DNA of 64,000 nucleotides. It comes from a virus. Made by a program: the position numbers and the translations under genes. Shown one piece after another: positions 1 to 9,454 of this stretch. The stretch is from the IMG/VR virus record IMGVR_UViG_3300029060_000343; one strand, given 5' to 3'. Numbering within the stretch: the stretch's first letter is position 1; every line of letters begins with the position of its first letter. The notes beneath the pieces were generated by a model. The model ran no database searches, had not been told where the DNA came from, and saw only the letters and a list, made by a program, of their open reading frames with translations.

Positions 1-360
1 GCATCTTCGTATTAATATCATTTGTGAATATGGAGATATATCGGTAACATAAAAACAAACTGAGAACAGTCATTAAAATAGCTGTCGTGATAAATCCACT
101 ATTTCCAAAATGAATGTATATTTCGTAATTAAATATCGTCGTCAACCATTGCTGCACAATGATTCTATAACCGTTATGGATTGTAAACGGATTGATTTTT
201 GGGATAGTCTTATTCTGCACAATATATTTACCGGTCGAAATCATCCACCACATATCATTGTTAGGGTTGAGATTTACCGCACAGAAAATAATCAGAATAC
301 CGAGAAATGTGATGATATAAAAATACAAGATTTTTGTGATATTTATCTTCTTTTGCATTT
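1..360 (-). CDS. membrane protein, partial (N-terminus at 360, continues past window start)
   Basis: ATG at 358-360 (rc) preceded by AGGAG RBS. Open frame runs to the window edge and the translation is hydrophobic and TM-rich (MQKKINITKILYFYIITFLGILIIF...). The overlapping + ORF 110..469 lacks an RBS. Confidence 0.5.
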
Positions 361-536
361 TTGCTCCTATTTCAGTTTATTGGTCCTTGTCTCTTGCTGT
401 TGCCTTTCGTATCCTATCTGCAAACGTCGCAGTGTTCTACCATTCCTGCCAGTCTTAATATGTTCATGATAGTTCGTTGCTATTTAGATTTTCCTGTATG
501 TAATCTAACAGCTCTTTTACTTGCATTTTTCTTACC

Positions 537-800
537 TCAGTTTTCTTCAACAATTTCAACTGTAATTTTTACCCGGTCACCATTTACGAAATCATAAAAG
601 TTTGTATACTGCTTTTCTCCATAATCTGTCAAATCTTTATGCAGTTCTGCAATGTAATCCGCCTCATTTTTCCTTGTTTTGGGTCTTGTGTTAAATTCTG
701 TCTGCATCATTCTCTCCTCTAATTCGTCCAGGCTATATTTTCGGTAACTAATTCCGTAATTTGTAAATCCGCCGGACTGATATGTAATAAGTCGTGACAT
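537..800 (-). CDS. hypothetical protein (87 aa)
   Basis: ORF track; same strand as neighbours with short intergenic gaps. Confidence 0.45.
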   Translation of the reverse strand: MSRLITYQSGGFTNYGISYRKYSLDELEERMMQTEFNTRPKTRKNEADYIAELHKDLTDYGEKQYTNFYDFVNGDRVKITVEIVEEN

Positions 801-802
801 GA

Positions 803-1009
803 TTAATCCTCGTATCTATCCATTTCTTCGTCAAAAAGTGCCTGATGGATTTCCTCTTCTGTAAATGCTCTTTGATGTAACTGGGTACCGCATTGTGCGC
901 AAAAGAATGTCTTTTTTTCATAATCTCTGGAAATATTTTTCCTACATACCGGGCAATTACAACTGTGCAAATATGCATCATTGTTTATCGTTTCTTTGAT
1001 ATTTTTCAT
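803..1009 (-). CDS. small zinc-ribbon protein (CxxC..CxxC)
   Basis: ORF track; motifs CNCPVC and CAQCG; start codon sits next to the stop of the downstream gene. Confidence 0.5.
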   Translation of the reverse strand: MKNIKETINNDAYLHSCNCPVCRKNISRDYEKKTFFCAQCGTQLHQRAFTEEEIHQALFDEEMDRYED

Positions 1010-1029
1010 ATATCTCTCCTATTTTAAGA

Positions 1030-1203
1030 TTATCCCCTAAGCGAAATCATATTAAGCAGAATCACATTTTCACAATGTTGTTCCTTTTTAATCTGTTCTT
1101 CAATAAAATAAACACCTTTTTCTGTGAAAGCATCTACATTTTGTAATGTTACAAATGCCCTTCCGGGCTGTCCATCTGCATTAAAGTAAACCAAATATTT
1201 CAT
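1030..1203 (-). CDS. small protein (57 aa; MKYLVYFNADGQPGRAF...)
   Basis: Not in the ORF track (<60 aa). ATG (rc of 1201-1203) preceded by TAGGAGGATAAT, which is supplied by the 3' end of the upstream gene. Confidence 0.45.
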   Translation of the reverse strand: MKYLVYFNADGQPGRAFVTLQNVDAFTEKGVYFIEEQIKKEQHCENVILLNMISLRG

Positions 1204-1204
1204 A

Positions 1205-1336
1205 TTATCCTCCTAACATTTGTTGTACATTTGTTAATAACTCAGGAATTTTATAATAAACTTCGTATACAGCAACTAAGTTTGCTATAAAAAGAATAAC
1301 GATAAAAATGGCTGTTGCTATCATTGCTTTTTTCAT
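1205..1336 (-). CDS. small hydrophobic membrane peptide (43 aa)
   Basis: ATG (rc of 1334-1336) preceded by AAGAGGAGACATTATCT. Single TM-like stretch (AIFIVILFIANLVAV). Translationally coupled to the 1030..1203 gene. Confidence 0.45.
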   Translation of the reverse strand: MKKAMIATAIFIVILFIANLVAVYEVYYKIPELLTNVQQMLGG

Positions 1337-1684
1337 AGATAATGTCTCCTCTTAAATTTATTTATATAAAAACCGCTAATTTTATATATTTTTATAAAAA
1401 ATATCACTAAATATAAATATATGCCGAGTGATATGGCTTTTAACGATTATCCAGACTATCATTTTGGGTATTTTTACGCCTCCAATTTCTCTTTTTCCAG
1501 CCATTAGATAAAGTACCATCTTTATATAAAACAATTTGATTACAACAAGTACCCTTCTTTTTATGGTACGTTTTAACACTGCTTTACAAAAATCAGGCAA
1601 CGTAGCCTTTAAACTATCATTTACATATGATTTTTATGTATTCTTGGACATTGATATTTATTTTTGCATTTATCATCCATTGTT

Positions 1685-2176
1685 CTATCTTTTTGCTCTA
1701 ACTTTTCCAATGATTTGTTTCTTTTGTATCGGTCCGATAGTTCTGCTGTCGGTGCTTGCGTTCCGGTTATCTCCCATCACAAAAAATTCATTATCCTTTA
1801 GTGTAATGGTATCCGCCGCTAATCCACGCATATCCTGTCTGATTGCTTCTTTTGCAAATGGATCTTCTATGATTTCTCCATTGATCCGAATTTTTCCATT
1901 TTCGTCTATACTAACAGTTTCTCCTGGAAGGGCTATAATTCTTTTGATAAGATCCATTGACGGTGTATGAATGGCAACAACATCATATCGCTGCGGTTCC
2001 GATGTCAGGTATGTTACTAGGTTGATCTTCAAAACATCTCCGTTATGATAATTTGGTTCCATGGAACTTCCATCTACGATAAGTTTTCTGGAAAACAGTG
2101 ACATAACGAGATAAATCGCAAAAACCACTATGCAGTAAGGCCGCAGATTTTTAAAATATGCTTTTAAATTAGCCAT
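1685..2176 (-). CDS. lepB: signal peptidase I (S26 family)
   Basis: N-terminal TM segment, catalytic-Ser box GSSMEP, and a GDNRNASTDSR box characteristic of LepB/SipS; AAAGGAG RBS. Confidence 0.8.
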   Translation of the reverse strand: MANLKAYFKNLRPYCIVVFAIYLVMSLFSRKLIVDGSSMEPNYHNGDVLKINLVTYLTSEPQRYDVVAIHTPSMDLIKRIIALPGETVSIDENGKIRINGEIIEDPFAKEAIRQDMRGLAADTITLKDNEFFVMGDNRNASTDSRTIGPIQKKQIIGKVRAKR

Positions 2177-2192
2177 AAAAAACTCCTTTCAA

Positions 2193-2210
2193 TTATTATT
2201 ATGAAAGATT
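2193..2210 (-). promoter_or_regulatory. conserved intergenic motif copy (plus-strand ATTATTATGAAAGATT; coding-strand consensus TTTYCTKTCATAWTAAT)
   Basis: One of ≥34 copies located 30-60 nt upstream of minus-strand start codons; candidate element-specific promoter. Confidence 0.5.
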
Positions 2211-2329
2211 CGGAAAAATTTGTGTGCAGAAAATACAGCAAAACCCCCACATTGCTGTGGGGGTACCAGAGAAGAAAATGTGTTTTATGAAAGAGGTTTC
2301 CCATCTTCAATATTATTATGGCAGAAATG

Positions 2330-2566
2330 TTATAAAAATGCCGAACTGATAATCAGTTTCTCAGGAAGAATTTTCATATGCTCCGTTTCTGCCCATGGAA
2401 TTTTATAAACTTTTCCGTTTTCGCATGATCTAAAACCTGTTGTTTTGGCACTATCTCCTCTTTTTGTTCCATATATAGTTATTAACTCGGTTCCTTTCGG
2501 AATGAGATGTCCGTTAATGTCTGTGATGGGTTTTGTTGTCACGACATGCGAGTTGATCCAACCCAT
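2330..2566 (-). CDS. hypothetical protein (78 aa)
   Basis: ORF track; preceded by hairpin terminator, conserved motif and AAAGGAGAATACTTT-ATG. Confidence 0.45.
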   Translation of the reverse strand: MGWINSHVVTTKPITDINGHLIPKGTELITIYGTKRGDSAKTTGFRSCENGKVYKIPWAETEHMKILPEKLIISSAFL

Positions 2567-2649
2567 AAAGTATTCTCCTTTCTATCTTTTGTTTGATACC
2601 ATTATTATGACATAAAAACATGGAAGAAAGATTTTTCTGCACAGAAAAA

Positions 2650-2672
2650 CCGTGACAAACGCCACGGTTTTT
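2650..2672 (-). terminator. intrinsic terminator (CCGTGGCGTTTGTCACGG + U-run) after the macro-domain gene
   Basis: GC hairpin plus T/A run; readable on both strands. Confidence 0.6.
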
Positions 2673-2754
2673 CATCTTTAAGAGAAGGATACCACGTCCA
2701 TAGGTAACGTAACAAACGAATTTGTTTGAGTTAATCAATCTAAAATCCTGGTTC

Positions 2755-3213
2755 CTACCATAAATTTCGTTTTTCTTCCCATTTATAACATACGGTAATA
2801 TTCAGATCATCAATATCTCCGAATAATTCCTGTATAAAACTCCTTACGACTTCCCAGTCCATCCGATCCAGACCACAGCCAATTTTAGGCATTGCGATAG
2901 ATTTTATACCGTATGTAATGACAATATTGCGAAGCTCTTTTAATGCCGTCCGCATGGTCTTTTCCGAAGGCTTCATATAATATTTCGCCTTCGTCACCAG
3001 ATTTAGAACACGTGAGGTTACAATGCAGTATCCTTTACCGTTCCATACATTTGACCTGTAGTTTTTCTGCAGTTCCTGCTTCGTATTAAATCTTTTATTG
3101 AATTCAACAGCGATACCTTTTCCGCAAGCAAAATCAGCGGATATACACTGTACAAACCATACGTCAGGATCATCGATATCAAATAAATCCGCGTATTTTT
3201 CTATATATTGCAA
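2755..3213 (-). CDS. macro domain protein (ADP-ribose binding/hydrolase-like)
   Basis: Macro-domain-like glycine-rich segment (ISADFACGKGIAVEF); TTG start with GGGGGAG RBS; downstream hairpin terminator at 2650-2672. Confidence 0.6.
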   Translation of the reverse strand: MQYIEKYADLFDIDDPDVWFVQCISADFACGKGIAVEFNKRFNTKQELQKNYRSNVWNGKGYCIVTSRVLNLVTKAKYYMKPSEKTMRTALKELRNIVITYGIKSIAMPKIGCGLDRMDWEVVRSFIQELFGDIDDLNITVCYKWEEKRNLW

Positions 3214-3342
3214 GTGCTCTCCCCCTTTCTGTTTATAAAATTAATATGTCAGAATTTCTGTGCAGGAATTTGCTCACATCATTATTTTATGCTATAGTAA
3301 CTATAGAAAACAGAATACAGCAAAAATAAAAAAGGATAAGAA

Positions 3343-3645
3343 ATGGCAGAAATTAAAAAATTCCCTAACCAGTCAAGATATGAAGAACTGGCTATAATGG
3401 AAAAAGAAGAATTTGATAAGGAAATCGAGAAATACGAAGATCATCCGAAACTCAAGGATCTGATTGAAAAATACAGAGAAACATCTTCCGAAGGATATGC
3501 GAATCTGGCAAGGACCTCCATGAGAGGTGCTGCTGAATCCATCGAGGAAGCGAAACAAAATACAACGTTTTTAAAAGGGCTTGCGCTGGCAGCCGAATCC
3601 GGAAGACTTCAGGATATAATCAGCAAAATCATTTCGGAATTATAA
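3343..3645 (+). CDS. hypothetical protein (100 aa)
   Basis: RBS AAAAGGATAAGAA-ATG; own TATAGT-like -10 element; followed by a bidirectional hairpin terminator. Confidence 0.55.
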   Translation: MAEIKKFPNQSRYEELAIMEKEEFDKEIEKYEDHPKLKDLIEKYRETSSEGYANLARTSMRGAAESIEEAKQNTTFLKGLALAAESGRLQDIISKIISEL

Positions 3646-3649
3646 GAAA

Positions 3650-3683
3650 AACGCCTTGCCGGAAAAACCGGAAGGCGTTATTT
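3650..3683. terminator. bidirectional hairpin terminator between convergent genes
   Basis: CGCCTTGCCGG-AAAAA-CCGGAAGGCG flanked by A and T runs. Confidence 0.55.
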
Positions 3684-4031
3684 TTATGCGTTTTTGGATT
3701 TCTCCTGAGACTCTGCGTAGAGCTCATTAAAGAAATCATCCACATCCTGCATGAACTCAAGTTTTTCACTGTCGTTATGCAGAAAATTCTTGATGATTTT
3801 CAAACCTGTTTCACGTTCCATCCGGGACACAACTCCGACCACTTTACTTGAATACTTAACAGCTTCCCCTAACTTACTCTTACGGGCAAGTTCTCTATCG
3901 GGACGAGAATTAATTCTCTCATAAGTCATCAGATCCTCCGATGCCTTACCAAGTGCCTTAACGAGTTCGAAAGCTAATCTCGGCTGAGTCATTGTTGCCT
4001 TTAACAGGTTCGTTTCGTTTAAATTATTCAT
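3684..4031 (-). CDS. hypothetical protein (116 aa; start revised to MNNLNETN...)
   Basis: Strong AAGGAGG RBS 9 nt upstream of an internal ATG at 4029-4031. The N-terminal extension in the ORF track (to 4232) starts at a weak TTG with no RBS and runs through hairpin-rich sequence. Confidence 0.5.
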   Translation of the reverse strand: MNNLNETNLLKATMTQPRLAFELVKALGKASEDLMTYERINSRPDRELARKSKLGEAVKYSSKVVGVVSRMERETGLKIIKNFLHNDSEKLEFMQDVDDFFNELYAESQEKSKNA

Positions 4032-4447
4032 ATGATTTGCCCTCCTTGTGGCCATAACTGTTCCCCCGCCGGAAACAGTAAGAAATGTTTCGCTCGGCGG
4101 GAGCATTATAGATTTTTGGGAGGACGCTGCTTCCGTAACCGGATGAAGCAGCGAATCAGTGCCCATCCGGTCGGACTGTATTTTTAGAAAAAGGTTGGTT
4201 TTATATAATCTCTGGATAAACCGGAGTAACAAAAGTAAAATCTATAAGATCAACCGGGATTTTTATCTTAACCCCGGGAAAAGTTTTTCTCCATCTTTCT
4301 TTGATATTACTATTATGATAGAAAACTATGTGAAAAGTTTGCAGAATTCTTATATTGGTATGGACGAAAAGAAAGAGACGAAGTTTTCTCCGCCTCTTAA
4401 TACCTTACAGCTCTGCACAATCATTTCATTTTTTATGAAAAACGCTC

Positions 4448-4831
4448 CTATTTTTCGATGATGCTGTATTCGCTGCTTAATTCTTTGATTTTGTTGTTAA
4501 ATTCTTCCTGATCGATATATCCAAAATCTTTATCACTCAGAAGTTCTTCAATTTTTTTGGAGATGCTGGACAATTTGTCTGATAAGGAATCATTTTTTTC
4601 TTCTAGGCGATCAACCTCGGCTTCGGCATCTTCAAGCTCGGATTTCGTATCTTCTAGTTCGTCGTATAACCGGTCGTATTCTCGCTCCAAATTCTCATAC
4701 TCTTCCGCGTCATGTTCCTTTATTTTAAGAAATTCATGCAAAGCATCGAAAATTTCCGGTGCTACAAGTTCCCGAAAATCTTCCGTTTCTGAAATGCAAT
4801 GGATCTCGCCATTATATCTGCAAATGATCAT
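4448..4831 (-). CDS. coiled-coil acidic protein (127 aa)
   Basis: ORF track; E/D/L-rich heptad-like composition. Confidence 0.5.
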   Translation of the reverse strand: MIICRYNGEIHCISETEDFRELVAPEIFDALHEFLKIKEHDAEEYENLEREYDRLYDELEDTKSELEDAEAEVDRLEEKNDSLSDKLSSISKKIEELLSDKDFGYIDQEEFNNKIKELSSEYSIIEK

Positions 4832-4854
4832 GATTTTTCCTCCAGTTTCTTTTT

Positions 4855-5049
4855 CTAATACCTATTTCCTTCTTCTGATCCACGAAGATAAAGTGTTGTC
4901 ATTTTTCCCTGACTAAAACATCCCGGGCACAAACAGCCATGGTACGCCGTTTTATCCCTGTTTGAATACATCTTATGTCCGCAGTCAGTAAAGAAAAATG
5001 TTCCTTCGCCATGAATTTCAGGTGTTGTCTGATAAGTAGCATATTCCAT
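4855..5049 (-). CDS. small Cys/His-rich protein (64 aa)
   Basis: ORF track; CGHK...CLCPGC motif. Confidence 0.45.
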   Translation of the reverse strand: MEYATYQTTPEIHGEGTFFFTDCGHKMYSNRDKTAYHGCLCPGCFSQGKMTTLYLRGSEEGNRY

Positions 5050-5058
5050 GCTTTCCTC

Positions 5059-6009
5059 CTATGGATTGCATCTTTTGCAGGGATCGTATCCCTGATCGAT
5101 AAGATTTTGTCTGCTGCCGCTATAATCCTTCCTGTTTTGTGGTTTCATATCCGTAACACTGTCACAACCTGGCAGATGAAATTTATGCGTACTGGTATTG
5201 AGCACATAATCAATGTCAGAATCGTCTGTGTTTTCATCACTCTCTTTTTGAGCCGCTCCACTGATCCAGCTGTCACCTGTTGCGTAATCAATCTCGATAC
5301 CAGGTTGAACGTTATGGATAAATACACAGAAACAAACACCTTCTCCGTTATCTTCCGTAGAATATGCTTCCATAAGAACACCGTTAGCTACGGGATTATC
5401 GCCTGCAAATACAGGGGTCACACGATACATAACGTGATTTCCGGTATTTTTAACATAATCTGCGACCTCGTTTTCGAACGGAAGCATGCTGGTAACATTG
5501 AAATATCTCGTACCCGTGATCAGGTTCTTCTCGTTGGCATTTTCTCCTGAAAGCTGATATCCGATCAAATGACAACGGTTATAAAGATAATTACCATCTA
5601 CAATGCCGGGATATTTAACGGTATGCCATCCGGTAGGCTTAATCATTCCGATCTCTCCTCTTTCTTCCGTAGGCATTGTTTCCTTACCTACAAGCGCCAA
5701 GGCGGGACCGCATCTTCCGAGTTCATCCAGGGGACTGTAAAATTCATATCCGGCAGGCAAAGTATCATCTGCAGCAAAGAAGGGGATATTGTCGTTGATC
5801 GTGGTGTATACGTTCCCTGCGTAAACGGGAATTTGAGACGGATCGAATTCGTTTGATGAGGCTTCTGAATCAATTCCTGCTTCTGTTTGAATTGTTTCAG
5901 TTATAGGAATTGCCGTCGCAGGGTCTTCGTCTGCGGGTAATGAGGTTCCGCAGGAAGTCAGTAATAAAATCATTACCGATAATAACAAAATTAATTTCTT
6001 TTTCATCAT
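5059..6009 (-). CDS. secreted lipoprotein, DNA/RNA non-specific endonuclease-like
   Basis: Signal peptide plus lipobox (LLTSCG); NRCHLIGYQLSG resembles the DRGH active-site segment of Endonuclease_NS enzymes; Cys-rich C-terminal tail. Confidence 0.45.
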   Translation of the reverse strand: MMKKKLILLLSVMILLLTSCGTSLPADEDPATAIPITETIQTEAGIDSEASSNEFDPSQIPVYAGNVYTTINDNIPFFAADDTLPAGYEFYSPLDELGRCGPALALVGKETMPTEERGEIGMIKPTGWHTVKYPGIVDGNYLYNRCHLIGYQLSGENANEKNLITGTRYFNVTSMLPFENEVADYVKNTGNHVMYRVTPVFAGDNPVANGVLMEAYSTEDNGEGVCFCVFIHNVQPGIEIDYATGDSWISGAAQKESDENTDDSDIDYVLNTSTHKFHLPGCDSVTDMKPQNRKDYSGSRQNLIDQGYDPCKRCNP

Positions 6010-6065
6010 TTTCTCCTTTTAGTTCTATTTTATAAAAGAGCGGAAATAAATCCGCTCTTTTACCA

Positions 6066-6665
6066 TCAGGTATCATCTCTGTCCATCAAGCCCTTCGGAA
6101 GTATCCAGCCTTCAGGAGTAACAACATATTCTTTCTCTGAAGAATTTTCCGGAGCATCAATATCAGCCTTCTTTTTGCCGTAAATTTTTTCAACGGCATT
6201 GACGTAATCTGTCTGGATGTCGAAATACATCTTCATCCACAGATTCCCGTCTTCTCTGTAAGCGTTCACCTGCTTCGCCAACTGACGAATCTGCTCTTCC
6301 AGCTTTTCCTTGTCTTCTCCTTTCAGCTCTTCCTGCCCAATGATATAACCACCGTTTTTGCGAATAGACGGTAACACATCATGGGTCACCCAGTTTTTAA
6401 ATGCTTTTGCCTCTGCTTTACGGGATGAGAAGATCATCTCGTAGAGACCAGGTTCATTTACGAACTGATATTTGCGGCGGCCGTTTCCGATGTCAGCAAA
6501 TACTTCTTCTTTATCGCAATTATCCAGCATACGTAGAGCATTTTTTGCCTGCATGCCAAGGATTTCTGCTACGTCTTTTGCTAGAAACCATACGGATCCA
6601 TCATCGCGGATTGCTGCGCTCAGTTTGCCAATGTTTTTCTTACTGAAAATCTCAAATTTGTTCAT
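6066..6665 (-). CDS. BRO-N domain protein (phage antirepressor-like)
   Basis: N-terminal IRDDGSVWFLAKDVAEILG matches the Bro-N signature; conserved motif plus GGAGGAAACACA-ATG upstream. Confidence 0.65.
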   Translation of the reverse strand: MNKFEIFSKKNIGKLSAAIRDDGSVWFLAKDVAEILGMQAKNALRMLDNCDKEEVFADIGNGRRKYQFVNEPGLYEMIFSSRKAEAKAFKNWVTHDVLPSIRKNGGYIIGQEELKGEDKEKLEEQIRQLAKQVNAYREDGNLWMKMYFDIQTDYVNAVEKIYGKKKADIDAPENSSEKEYVVTPEGWILPKGLMDRDDT

Positions 6666-6698
6666 TGTGTTTCCTCCATTTATCTATTAATTGATATA

Positions 6699-6715
6699 AT
6701 TAATATGAAGGAAAA
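6699..6715 (-). promoter_or_regulatory. conserved intergenic motif copy (ATTAATATGAAGGAAAA)
   Basis: 35 nt upstream of the BRO-N gene start. Confidence 0.5.
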
Positions 6716-6949
6716 TAACTGTTGAAAGATGTAGGCTATATATTGTATAGAATAAAAGAAAAGAATGCAAAATATTGATATAAAATATAGGCTCACAATG
6801 TGAGCCTAATAAACCGCAAAGCCACATAAATAAAGGATTTCGTTAAATACAATATGTCGTGGAGAAGGACGAAAATGGAACAATATCTTGATTTAATTTG
6901 TCTTCTTTTCGATACAAAAAGAACCGCATTTCTGCGGTTCTTTGGAATA

Positions 6950-7822
6950 TCAATGTTCGTTATCTTGAATAATAGCAGGCTTAATGCGTTCTGTTGTCGC
7001 TTGCTGCTCTCGTTTGGTTTCCTCGACAACGGCATTAATATGCTTCATAAAATCAGAAGGTTCATCAATTTCTATATTATTTTCGTTTTCGGAGCATTCC
7101 TTTTCAAAATCTTTTATCGCTGCGTTGATTTCGCGTATTTCGAATTCATTGATTGAATTTTTACTGACTTCTTCGCGAAGTCGATCAATTAATTCGTGAG
7201 CTTTTTGTCTGATGTTTTGGTCATCGTTATATGCTAAAATATCAATGTGATAATTTCCAAACATTTCTCTTTTTGTTTTTAAGTCAAATTTTTTAAATTT
7301 GGCACGCAAGCTAACATCTTTGCTATTATCCTTAACCAAGACATCAAGATCTTTTTCTCGGCAATAACTTACAGCTTCTTTTCTTATCTCTTCGTATCGG
7401 CTATGAACAAGAAGATCAAGGTCATTGTCCCGACTATGACATAAAACAGCCCTTTGCACATCCTCATCATCGGAATTGACAAGTATATCCAAGTCTTTAT
7501 CACGACCATATCTGGCAACAGCTATATCGACAAATGGATCTTCATCATGTACCAAAATATCCAAATCTTTATCCCGTCCATATTCAGCGACAGTTATTCT
7601 AATCATCGGTTCTTCATCATGTACCAAAATATCCAAATCTTTATCCCGTCCATGTTTAGCAATGGCTATTTTAACGTAGGGTTCTTCACTATGTATCAGG
7701 ATATCCAAATCTTTATCATTTCCTAATTCTGCAAGGCTTCGTTTTATGTGCAAAGGAGCATTTAATAATTTCAAATCTTCTTTGACCTGTGGCGTATTTT
7801 CTTGCGTGTTTTCTGTTTTCAT
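6950..7822 (-). CDS. LRV (leucine-rich repeat variant)-repeat protein
   Basis: At least 8 tandem ~24-aa repeats (DKDLDILVHDEDPxVRxAVAxYGR); start set at the ATG after the GGGAGG RBS; produces a ~72-bp DNA tandem repeat. Confidence 0.6.
   Translation of the reverse strand: MKTENTQENTPQVKEDLKLLNAPLHIKRSLAELGNDKDLDILIHSEEPYVKIAIAKHGRDKDLDILVHDEEPMIRITVAEYGRDKDLDILVHDEDPFVDIAVARYGRDKDLDILVNSDDEDVQRAVLCHSRDNDLDLLVHSRYEEIRKEAVSYCREKDLDVLVKDNSKDVSLRAKFKKFDLKTKREMFGNYHIDILAYNDDQNIRQKAHELIDRLREEVSKNSINEFEIREINAAIKDFEKECSENENNIEIDEPSDFMKHINAVVEETKREQQATTERIKPAIIQDNEH
7440..7760. repeat. ~72-bp tandem DNA repeats (≥4 units) encoding LRV protein repeats
   Basis: ATCATGTACCAAAATATCCAAATCTTTATCCCGTCCAT... 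repeated. Confidence 0.6.
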
Positions 7823-7933
7823 AATTTTTCCTCCCAATAAAGTATTTTATGGTTAATTTATTCTGACATTATTATGAAGGAAAATAGACTTATAAAAATA
7901 TAAAAAAGAGTCACATTCCTGCGGTTCTAAATA

Positions 7934-9340
7934 TCAATGTTCTTCTCCCGGATAATTTTTGGATTTAGTTTGTTTATCCAACAAAGCTTGTTGTTCTCTT
8001 TTAGTTTTTTCTACTACAGAATCAATATGATCCAGGAAACTTTCGTAGTCCCCATTTTCTCTTGTTTGCAAGCCAATTTTTATTTTTTCCATTTGATTGT
8101 AATCAAATTTTGGGTTTGCATAAATAGACGCATCAATGCCATCCTCTAAACCCCATCTTATTTGAAGCATTTGCTCAGGATTAAAATCGGCGTTAGCATA
8201 CATAGAAACATCAATACCTGCCTCCAGGCCATATCTTATCTGCTGCATTTGTTCAGCATTAAATTCAGGTTTGGCATAGATAGAAATGTCAACATCTGTC
8301 TCTAAACCCTGTCTAATTTCCGTCATTTGTGTCCACTCGAATTCAGGCTTGGCATAGATGGAAACATCGAGTTTGGATTCCAGACCTTCTCTTATCTGTT
8401 CCATTTGGGTGCTATCAAATCTTGGATTTGCATAAATAGATACATCAATTTCATTTTCTAGTCCATATCTAATTTGTCGCATTTGACGGGCATTAAATTC
8501 AGGTTTGACATAAATAGAAACATCAATACCTGCCTCCAAACCTTGTCTTATTTCATGCATTTGTTCCCCATTAAATTCCGGACTTGCATAAACGGAAATA
8601 TCAACATCGTTTTTCAGTCCCAATCTTATTTCCTGCATTTGATTGGCGTTAAATAATTCTTTATTAATTTTGTAAGTAAGTAGTTTTTTAACTATCGCAT
8701 TTTCTCGAATAGTTTCATCTTGATCATTAATTAAAATATCCAAGTCTTTATTGCGACCTTTGTGTATTACACCTAACTTAACGCCTCTATCTGAATCATG
8801 TACAAGGATGTCAAGATCCTTGTCCCGGCCACACGCAGCGACCCACGTCCTAACGCCAGCATCCGAATCATGAACCAGAATATCCAAATCCTTACTGCGC
8901 CCTTTGGCGGCAACTACCATTCTAATATCTCTATCCGGATCATGGACAAGTATATCCAGATCTTCTTCTTTTCCTTTTTCGATTAAGGCGATTTTTTCAT
9001 TGATCGACATATCATTGCAATTCATAGTATTTTCTTGTTTTTTGATTTTTAAATTTTCTCTTATTTGCTTCATTTGAATCCAATCAAATTCGGGGTTAGC
9101 ATAAATAGAAACGTCGATGTTTTCTTTAAGCCCTTCTCTTATTTCTTCCATTTGTCCTTCATTGAATACCAGGTTGGCGTAGGCAGAGACATCGAGACCA
9201 TCTTCCAGGCCCCATCTTATTTGACGCATTTGTCCCCAACTAAATTCAGGTTTGGCATAAATGGAGATATCGATACCAGACTCCAATCCACTTCTTATCT
9301 CGTTTCTTTGAGCAATATTAAACTTTTCACGGTAAGTCAT
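7934..9340 (-). CDS. repeat protein (about ten ~34-aa repeats plus central LRV repeats)
   Basis: Repeats of the form SIYANPEFxxxQMxQIRxGLExxxDVS; central DLDILVHDxD LRV-like units. Confidence 0.55.
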   Translation of the reverse strand: MTYREKFNIAQRNEIRSGLESGIDISIYAKPEFSWGQMRQIRWGLEDGLDVSAYANLVFNEGQMEEIREGLKENIDVSIYANPEFDWIQMKQIRENLKIKKQENTMNCNDMSINEKIALIEKGKEEDLDILVHDPDRDIRMVVAAKGRSKDLDILVHDSDAGVRTWVAACGRDKDLDILVHDSDRGVKLGVIHKGRNKDLDILINDQDETIRENAIVKKLLTYKINKELFNANQMQEIRLGLKNDVDISVYASPEFNGEQMHEIRQGLEAGIDVSIYVKPEFNARQMRQIRYGLENEIDVSIYANPRFDSTQMEQIREGLESKLDVSIYAKPEFEWTQMTEIRQGLETDVDISIYAKPEFNAEQMQQIRYGLEAGIDVSMYANADFNPEQMLQIRWGLEDGIDASIYANPKFDYNQMEKIKIGLQTRENGDYESFLDHIDSVVEKTKREQQALLDKQTKSKNYPGEEH

Positions 9341-9454
9341 ATCTTAACTCCTTATAAAGAATATTTCCGGTTCAATTTGTGTCGATATTATTATGATAGA
9401 AAATCGTCCTACAAAAAAAGTAAAAAGAGCCACATTTCTGTGACTCTTTCAAAA

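Noticed and set aside
110-597. Plus-strand ORFs 110..469 and 361..597
   Set aside because: No RBS. They are antisense to a better-supported minus-strand membrane-protein ORF (1..360) that has an AGGAG RBS.
3684-4232. Longer N-terminal extensions given by the ORF track for several genes (e.g. 3684..4232, 6950..7837, 15093..15929, 31154..32842, 35319..35990, 36098..36595, 62533..62985)
   Set aside because: The extensions start at the first in-frame ATG or TTG but run through the terminator, motif and RBS sequences. Internal ATGs with strong AGGAGG-type RBSs at canonical spacing were preferred.
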